Translations under genes and position numbers: made by a program
The notes under the pieces: generated by a model
Told to the model about the DNA's origin: nothing
What the model saw: only the letters and a program-made list of their open reading frames with translations
Databases searched by the model: none
Shown: one piece after another, positions 58,101 to 64,000 of the stretch
How the letters are laid out: each line of letters begins with the position of its first letter
Position numbering within the stretch: position 1 is the stretch's first letter
Origin: Hydrolagus colliei
Taxonomy: Eukaryota
Assembly: GCA_035084275.1 (NCBI GenBank)
Contig: CM068749.1
Coordinates: 18,910,001 to 18,974,000 of the forward strand
DNA length: 64,000 bases
Direction: 5' to 3'

Positions 58101-61100
58101 GCATTGGGATAAAAGTTAAAATAAAACACATATTTCTGATAAATTGTCTCACCTGAATAAATTTGTTTGTTTGGAGTGCTGCTCCTGTTTGAAGCATAAG
58201 CTGACTATATTCAACATCATATTCAAAGGCAGAGATGTAAACTGATTGAAATGGCATATGTTCCTGTTAAAAATATTAGCTTATTAAAATAATTCACATT
58301 TTTATAGCAAAATTTCAATTTACAGTACAGTACTTCAAATAATATTTTTATAGCGGCAATTGAGAACTGTATAAAACAAGATGTTTATCTATCTGCTGCA
58401 TGCAATTCCAATGCAAAATAGAGTCACGCTGGTGCATGTATTAACTAAATAGTTACTCATTCTATTGTTACAAACTAATTTAAAATTCTGTTTCTAACAA
58501 CTAGACTTATTTTCGTTGGGATCTTTTTAGAATGACAAAAAAGCAGGTTATATAATTATAAACTTTCTACAATGATAAATTTGAATAAATCTACCAGAAA
58601 ATAAACTACAACATGTAAAATAATTTAAATCCAAGAAACATAAGAAGTGACTAACATGATAAGCACCAGATTTTGAAGGACTGACATAAAAACAATTTTG
58701 ATATTTACCGGTTGGCTGATAAATGATTTAGCAGATTCAGCCAGTTTTGAAAAGCTTCTTGCATATTCTACATCTGAAAAAATAAAACAAACGATTAAAT
58801 TTCAGTTGAAAAATGCAGAAAAACCATCACAGAGACACTATGTAACTTTTGAAATTCACTGATAACGTCAATCATTTTATTTGACATTTTACCAATACCT
58901 AAAACATTAAAATGGAAATGTTCACATTTAATAATTAGGTAACAATTATTTATGTAAAAGTCATTGAATTTTAAAATCACATTAGCAACAAAGACACTGT
59001 AGCATAATCCAGGCAACAAATTTTAATCTAATCTTGACAAATAGGATCAGACAGCATAGTGCACGACTCACCCAGGCTAAGCCTTTTTTCTAACCAGGCC
59101 AGAACATCTTTGGTATATTTGGACCAGTTTTTTGTGTAAATTAGAGCCGATTCTATTCCACTGTCAATTTTTAACAGCATGTTGTCAAGATCTTCTGCTC
59201 GAAGAGTCCCTGAAAATGGGAAGTCAAACATAAGGAAATGAGGATCAGACAGAGAGTCCCATCAACAAGCTGACATCCAAAATGTCTGTTCTGAAAAGCC
59301 ATTTTGACCTTGGAAATATACCATAATGCAAGTTGACACTAAATCAGAACAATGGTGGGGGAGGGGATGAAAGGAAAATGATTCAATGACTGGATTTCCC
59401 CACCACAAAAATACAAGCACATTATACAGGGCTGCCTTATTGTATCCCAAATAAAATATTGAACATTTTAATAGCAATCAAATTGACCGTACAATATCGG
59501 CTATCAATCAGTTTAGGTAGTAATTGTTGACTTCAAAGTCTACTCAAATATTTTCAACTGATTTAATAAATATCATCACAGTGGATATACTCTAAAGGAA
59601 ATCAATTTATAGATGCAAGATACAAAGCATTTTTGCCTATATTAGCCCTTATTAATATTTGGCTAGATTGCCTGAACCCAGCAAATTAAATTATAGGTGC
59701 TGTAAATCCAGGAATGTATTGGTATTATTGAACCGGAAATATAAAAATATAAGAAATATAAGGAAACATAAATACAGCAAAGAAATTTAAGACAGATGCT
59801 GATCTGCAAGATGATGTTCGCATGCATCTTTATTGAACCACTTTCAAAGGGTAAGGCATCTTTTACCAATTACTTACCTGGACTGGTATATAAAAAAAGT
59901 ATTATGGCAGTTGAGATCCAGCCATCGTAAAGTATGCATTTCTCCCACAAAGAGAATCACAACTACTTTTCATATTTAGGATTGTAATCAGCAAGGGAAC
60001 CATTCTGAATGTATTAGTCAAATGGAGGTCTTTTCTGAATAAATACTGATATCAAACCGAAAATGAAAGACCCCACAAAGTACCTAAAGGAATTGAGGAA
60101 AATTGAATCAAGTTCATCTAACCAAAGGGTATTTCTATTTGCAAGTTAAAGTTGAGCCAATGAAGACAAATCTAATCAATTTGGAACCAAAATGTTAATC
60201 CATTTGGCAGCATTTAGTACTTGATAAATTGTACCTGTATTTCGTAGATCATCTTTTTCTTGAACTGACCCTCCAGATCCCAAGGACAGATTTTCAAAAG
60301 ACTTGCAAATAATAAAATCAAAATCAATATTTCTTCATAACATGTAAATTTCACGGCTGGAATAAAACAATTGTTTTGCAAATGAAAGACGACTAAACTT
60401 CAGCAAGGAACAATTTCATGCATCAAGCTTTCACATTCATACATGATTTTCCGAGAACCTACCCGGCTTCTCCCAGTCAGTGGGACTCCCAAGGATGAGT
60501 TGTTGTCCATATCTCCCATAAGGAAGTTTGAAATACTGCAAGTCAGATGTATTTGATTCAGGTGATTTATAAATCAATAACTGACATTATATACAAAAAA
60601 AAATGTTTCCCTTTCTGCTGGGAGACATAGCAACATTCCAAAAACAGCCATGAATTGAAAGGACAATTTATACGCTAGGTTTGTTGGGCAGAAATAGAGC
60701 ACCTCTGTTCACTTTCTGAATAGTGATGGGATCTTTAACATCCATCTGAACGGATAAACATCTATCTTTTTACAGACCTCACTCAAAATATACTCATTTA
60801 ACATATATTTTAACAACAAAATTACATTTATAGAGTGCCTTTTACTTTGAGAGGATGTTAACCTGTTTATTCATATAGTTGAAAGTTAAGAAATACTCAA
60901 GTATTGTAATTCTTTTGTTTAAAAACTGACTTTGTAAGTTAAGTTTTTAAAATGTTGAATGTAGCTGACAATATGGTCAGAAAGTGGTTTCCTCAAAACT
61001 GAAGAGATCAAAGGCCACAAACACTTTTCTTTCCACTCACAAAACAAAAAGCCTAAAAGAATTATTACTTACACATTACCAAAGGTGAATGCTAACGTGT

Positions 61101-63617
61101 CGATAGAAGCAAATATATCACCGAAATGTTCTCTTTTGTCATCATTCACTTCACTATAGTTTGCACCTGAAGAAAAATTACAGTTTAGTACAAACGGCTA
61201 TAGATGTGAGATACATGTAGTTTTTGTTCTATAATGTATATACAGTAAAGGGTAGTACAGTAACAATTTGTAATATAATTAAAAATACAGAAAGAGCTGC
61301 ATATTTCAACATTACAAAAATCTAATTGCATTTACACAACAGATTTGCTACAATTTTACAATGATAAAAAAATGCCATAGTATTCTCAACCCTATGGTCA
61401 CTAAAAAAAAATCTGGATTCTGTAAAGCGCAGTGGTTAGTTAATGTTACTTAAATTTGTTACCTCTAAACCAAATTATACCCATTTGTTTTTTGTTGTCC
61501 CGAAGAAACTCACAACCATTACATTTGATCCACCCAATGATCCATGCTGTCAAAGCAGCTTTGATAAAAAAAAATCAATGGACGAAACAATGGCTGACTC
61601 AGAGCACAGTAATTTCTTCACCTAAACAAGTGACAAGGATCTACAGATCTTCAGTTATACCAAAATTGTGACTGCAATCTTGTAATGACTTCAGTTTCCT
61701 GTGCCCCTGAACATAATAATGGATGAATCGCAAAGTAAACAAAACATAATCAAGCACCTTCTAAACTTGTTTGAAAAAGGAACCTCAATGTAATCTATTT
61801 AATATTTTCAGTGATTAAGTAGAAATTGCTAATTAAAATCACTGAATGAAAATGATCACAATCAGAGCTTTCAGAAGTTAACTAAATTCTTACCTTTCTC
61901 TTCCCACCCCCAGTTAAATGGATCCAAGTTTAATACTCAGAAAAAATGTGAAACATTCCACAGGCCACTAAAATAATTGTCTTCATAACAGACTTCCTCT
62001 TACACACTACACAAGACAGCACTACATGTTGTTCAAATAAACATAAATTTGTAATAAATGATTACTGTAGCAATTACTGTATGACAAAAAATACAAACAA
62101 AAACCTTGCCCTGTCAAAGCCCAAATCTTAGTTTCCCATCTCGTTTGCAATTTCCAAAACCAATCAAAATTGTGTACATGACATCTAAACACAGATTTTT
62201 TTTTCCTGTTACAGGAAGACTTCTGTTAAGAGCTTTGCTTAAGCCCTTTGATCTCTCCAGTTTTGTTTTGAGGAAACAAACTTCCTGCAGTTGTGTTGCA
62301 ACCAAAGTCACGGGTTGCAGTACATCTCATCATATTTGAATCCAGAAATTTGACATTTGGAAAAATTGTATTTTTAGGTTCTTGTAATATTTTTTTTTAC
62401 CACCCAATGAATTTAGTGAATTTTTAGCAACTAAATCCTAGTCATAGTAGCATAGAATGTCTGTCTATGCTCAGTCTGCTTTAGATACTCTTAAACACTG
62501 TGATTATTTGTTGCGTTTGTCAGTTATCCAGCTGGCCAAAAAAAAACTAATTATGTCTGCAAGCTTAACTGCCAACAAGGTCAAAAAAATGAATTTGCAT
62601 AATAAATATCAGATTATCAGCCCCAGTTTATGGATTTTGTGTGGTCTTGCTGGATTTAAATGCATTTGCATTTATTAATAACACTAACTTGCATTTATAT
62701 AGTGCCGTTCACATGGGATAGCACCCTGGAGCACTTCACAGTGGCAGAGTCTGAGTCCAAGCCAGGAAAAAAAGGGGGAAGGGGCTACAAGCACAATCAA
62801 AACGGAAGGTCTTTAGGTGGGATTTGAAAGTGGGGATGGAGGGGCCAAAGCAGGAGTGATAGAGTGAGAGAGTTCCAGAGTTTTGGGGCATAGTGGTTGA
62901 AGGCACAGCCACAGATGGTAACGAGGAGAGGACGAAGGACAAACAGGAGGCCGGAGTGGGCTGAGTGGTGGCAGCAGGTGGGGGAGACTGTGGGTAAGCA
63001 AACTGGATAGGTAGGGAGTCATGAGGGCATGACAGATTTGATAGCATGTTACTTTCTAATTGCAAAAGTCAAATACTACTCTTCATTATATCTTTGATAA
63101 CTAATTGCTCTGCTCCCCATATGTTAACGCCTTTCTGTACACACCGACACATCAACAGGCGTATTTAAAGCAGCATTTACCATAATTAAACTAGAAAATA
63201 TTCACAATATTACTTCCCCTGAAACAAAACTATTCTAATCCTAAAAAGAAAGTATTAAGAGGGACAAAAAAAAGGGACAGTTTTCAAATATGTTCATTTA
63301 AAGATATCTATGTACAGTTCATTCCATAAAACACTATGCAACACTGCAAATTCTCCTGTATGATTAATTAAAAAAACTCAAATTTAGACCACCATGACAT
63401 TTCACTTATTTACCAACATTTGTTTTACTATTGATACATTACTGTTCAGTTGAAAAATTATTGTTCCACTTACCTTTTATTTTAGAAATAACTGTCCCTG
63501 CTGCACCTAGAATGTCCACAGAATTCAATGATTGGTGTTTGCTAATCACTGCTTTTAATACTCTTAATAGTTCTCCTAAGCGTTCATGGGCCACAGAATA
63601 TAAGGAGACTTTATTTG
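48265..63617 (-). CDS. ARHGAP29: ARHGAP29 (PARG1) Rho GTPase-activating protein, coding exons 3-23 (gene span; 5' end beyond right edge)
   Basis: 21 phase-consistent exons. F-BAR region, C1 domain HKLRKLRAPSKCRECD...CEECTLACHKKCLETLAIQC, RhoGAP with GIYRVNG and NLGIIFGPTLLR, C-terminus AHFV*. Lies upstream of ABCA4 as in other vertebrates. Confidence 0.95.
49428..49536 (-). CDS. ARHGAP29: ARHGAP29 exon 22 (109 bp)
   Basis: SFGLAGSESDSPEMASSRDTFDVVKDPQWNGKESTS. Bridges phase 0 to phase 1 exactly. Confidence 0.8.
50026..50332 (-). CDS. ARHGAP29: ARHGAP29 exon 21 (307 bp)
   Basis: VAEQAEENKMSASNLGIIFGPTLLRPRQTDATVSLSSLVDYPYQ...STSKV. Confidence 0.93.
50948..51174 (-). CDS. ARHGAP29: ARHGAP29 exon 20 (227 bp)
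   Basis: LPEPLISFRLYNEFIGLAKE...KDLLRQLPRINYKTLQYLIDHLH. Confidence 0.95.
51600..51737 (-). CDS. ARHGAP29: ARHGAP29 exon 19 (138 bp; arginine finger)
   Basis: GIYRVNGAKSRVEKLCQAFENGKDLVELSDLYAHDISNVLKLYLRQ. Confidence 0.96.
52264..52452 (-). CDS. ARHGAP29: ARHGAP29 exon 18 (189 bp)
   Basis: CTLACHKKCLETLAIQCGHKKL...LFGVDF...IPFIIKKCTSEIESRALNIK. Confidence 0.96.
52838..53112 (+). mobile_element. Deu-domain SINE
   Basis: Head with B-box region deleted, core, tail. Confidence 0.88.
53691..53854 (-). CDS. ARHGAP29: ARHGAP29 exon 17 (C1 domain N-half)
   Basis: SPGPFRNTVMSKAAQTHKLRKLRAPSKCRECDSLVVFHGAECEE. Alternative in-frame acceptor at 53833. Confidence 0.92.
54219..54317 (-). CDS. ARHGAP29: ARHGAP29 exon 16 (99 bp)
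   Basis: DFKRRLPRTPSTGTMSSADDLDEREPPSPSDP. Confidence 0.94.
54575..54703 (-). CDS. ARHGAP29: ARHGAP29 exon 15 (129 bp)
   Basis: LRGQGPFRAW...GMCSDSESAGGSSESRSMDSPSASP. Confidence 0.92.
55490..55659 (-). CDS. ARHGAP29: ARHGAP29 exon 14 (170 bp)
   Basis: LIKRTTSSTHSSQGNLSQ...EKRSNSSSDIQ. Confidence 0.88.
56007..56197 (-). CDS. ARHGAP29: ARHGAP29 exon 13 (191 bp)
   Basis: VTVNLFQMQHAKVVSLPVNYQSLCENTKLYEPGQQYSEFVKSLP. Confidence 0.94.
56376..56513 (-). CDS. ARHGAP29: ARHGAP29 exon 12 (138 bp)
   Basis: AEEAGEHYKTCI...ILTQLRELVYQCDLTLKS. Confidence 0.94.
56964..57149 (-). CDS. ARHGAP29: ARHGAP29 exon 11 (186 bp)
   Basis: QEADSTLRKAKLLHVQRREEYEKAK...EKKRKLEEEALQK. CAGCAG tandem acceptor. Confidence 0.93.
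57230..57590 (+). mobile_element. Old SacSINE1/AmnSINE1-like DeuSINE (related relics at 228-430 +, 35255-35305 +, 60610-60790 -)
   Basis: cagtgcattactgaggga, aaagatccattagca, aagagcag, tgttctggccaatatt in consensus order, with a degraded tail. Confidence 0.6.
57673..57753 (-). CDS. ARHGAP29: ARHGAP29 exon 10 (81 bp)
   Basis: PLVLRRNELDKQRKEIKEQWQREQRKM. Confidence 0.93.
57890..58105 (-). mobile_element. L2 body fragment plus a second L2 3' tail
   Basis: SAPLPPHFGTLS...FKARLKILFF-like segment and a caacaac...gcgcctttcacgtc tail. Confidence 0.78.
58153..58263 (-). CDS. ARHGAP29: ARHGAP29 exon 9 (111 bp)
   Basis: EHMPFQSVYISAFEYDVEYSQLMLQTGAALQTNKFIQ. Confidence 0.93.
58709..58773 (-). CDS. 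ARHGAP29: ARHGAP29 exon 8 (65 bp)
   Basis: VEYARSFSKLAESAKSFISQP. Confidence 0.9.
59072..59209 (-). CDS. ARHGAP29: ARHGAP29 exon 7 (138 bp; F-BAR start)
   Basis: TLRAEDLDNMLLKIDSGIESALIYTKNWSKYTKDVLAWLEKRLSL. Confidence 0.94.
60235..60301 (-). CDS. ARHGAP29: ARHGAP29 exon 6 (67 bp)
   Basis: SFENLSLGSGGSVQEKDDLRNT, aag acceptor. Confidence 0.87.
60463..60535 (-). CDS. ARHGAP29: ARHGAP29 exon 5 (73 bp)
   Basis: ISNFLMGDMDNNSSLGVPLTGRSR. Confidence 0.92.
61073..61166 (-). CDS. ARHGAP29: ARHGAP29 exon 4 (94 bp)
   Basis: ANYSEVNDDKREHFGDIFASIDTLAFTFGN. Confidence 0.93.
62680..63010 (-). mobile_element. L2-clade LINE 3' end
   Basis: PTFKSHLKTFRF-like segment, tail gcactatataaatgcaagtt. Confidence 0.78.
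63474..63617 (-). CDS. ARHGAP29: ARHGAP29 exon 3 (144 bp)
   Basis: NKVSLYSVAHERLGELLRVLKAVISKHQSLNSVDILGAAGTVISKIK. Confidence 0.93.
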
Positions 63618-63804
63618 CTGAAAGAGAAAGAATAACCCATACTTTAGTGAAATGTGTAGCAATTATACACTTCCTTAAACAATGCCTTCCAATAAACTAA
63701 TGCATTACACACTTTTCCTATGCATTATGAATGTGATGCATTATGAAAGTGCTTCCCTAATCATTTAAAACACAAAACTTGCTGAAATGTGCATGTAACA
63801 GTCT

Positions 63805-64000
63805 GGAGTCCTGTAGCTCAGTGGTTAGAGTACTCGCCTTACAAGCGTGAGATCTTTGTTTCGAATCCAGGCAGGTCAAGGTGAAACCTTGGGCAAGTTT
63901 CCTTACTCCACATGCCTAATAATAATCCCTCCAAAAAAAAGGTTAATAGATTGGTCATTCAATCCACGATTGTTTGTGGGACACTGCTGGGCACAATTGG
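63805..64000 (+). mobile_element. Deu-domain SINE, cut by window edge
   Basis: GTAGCTCAGTGGTTAGAG A box, TTCGAATCC B box, core. Confidence 0.9.

Noticed and set aside
63805-63880. tRNA gene (also 40355, 44162 and others)
   Set aside because: tRNA-derived SINE heads that run into the SINE body without a pairing acceptor stem.

Overview
Vertebrate genomic DNA, most likely a cartilaginous fish such as a chimaera (elephant shark), judged from the repeat families. There is no prokaryotic content. Two intron-rich genes lie in tandem on the minus strand. ARHGAP29 (F-BAR/C1/RhoGAP) has coding exons 3-23 at 63617-48265; exons 1-2 are off-window and the polyA signal is near 46770. ABCA4 (photoreceptor ABC transporter) follows, with coding exons 1-26 at 36644-2848; the rest is off-window. 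All 47 exons were placed by hand on GT-AG boundaries with continuous reading phase. Exon numbers and human exon sizes are recalled, not aligned. Introns carry about 20 copies of a young tRNA-headed Deu-domain SINE, many L2 LINE 3' ends, CR1 remnants and older SacSINE1/AmnSINE2/LF-SINE-like relics. Most ORFs in the supplied track are spurious. I see no convincing new multi-gene system. The best leads are: (1) a probable non-coding upstream ABCA4 exon with a CRX-motif promoter about 6.5 kb upstream of the ATG exon; (2) a 318-bp, Lys/Glu-rich, PAEK-repeat ABCA4 exon 18 that the ORF track misses; (3) a 147-bp, TSD-flanked, internally inverted Penelope-type insertion carrying a mutated hammerhead ribozyme core; (4) a nested 3' hairpin shared by the SINE and L2; (5) paired inverted SINEs around the putative promoter.
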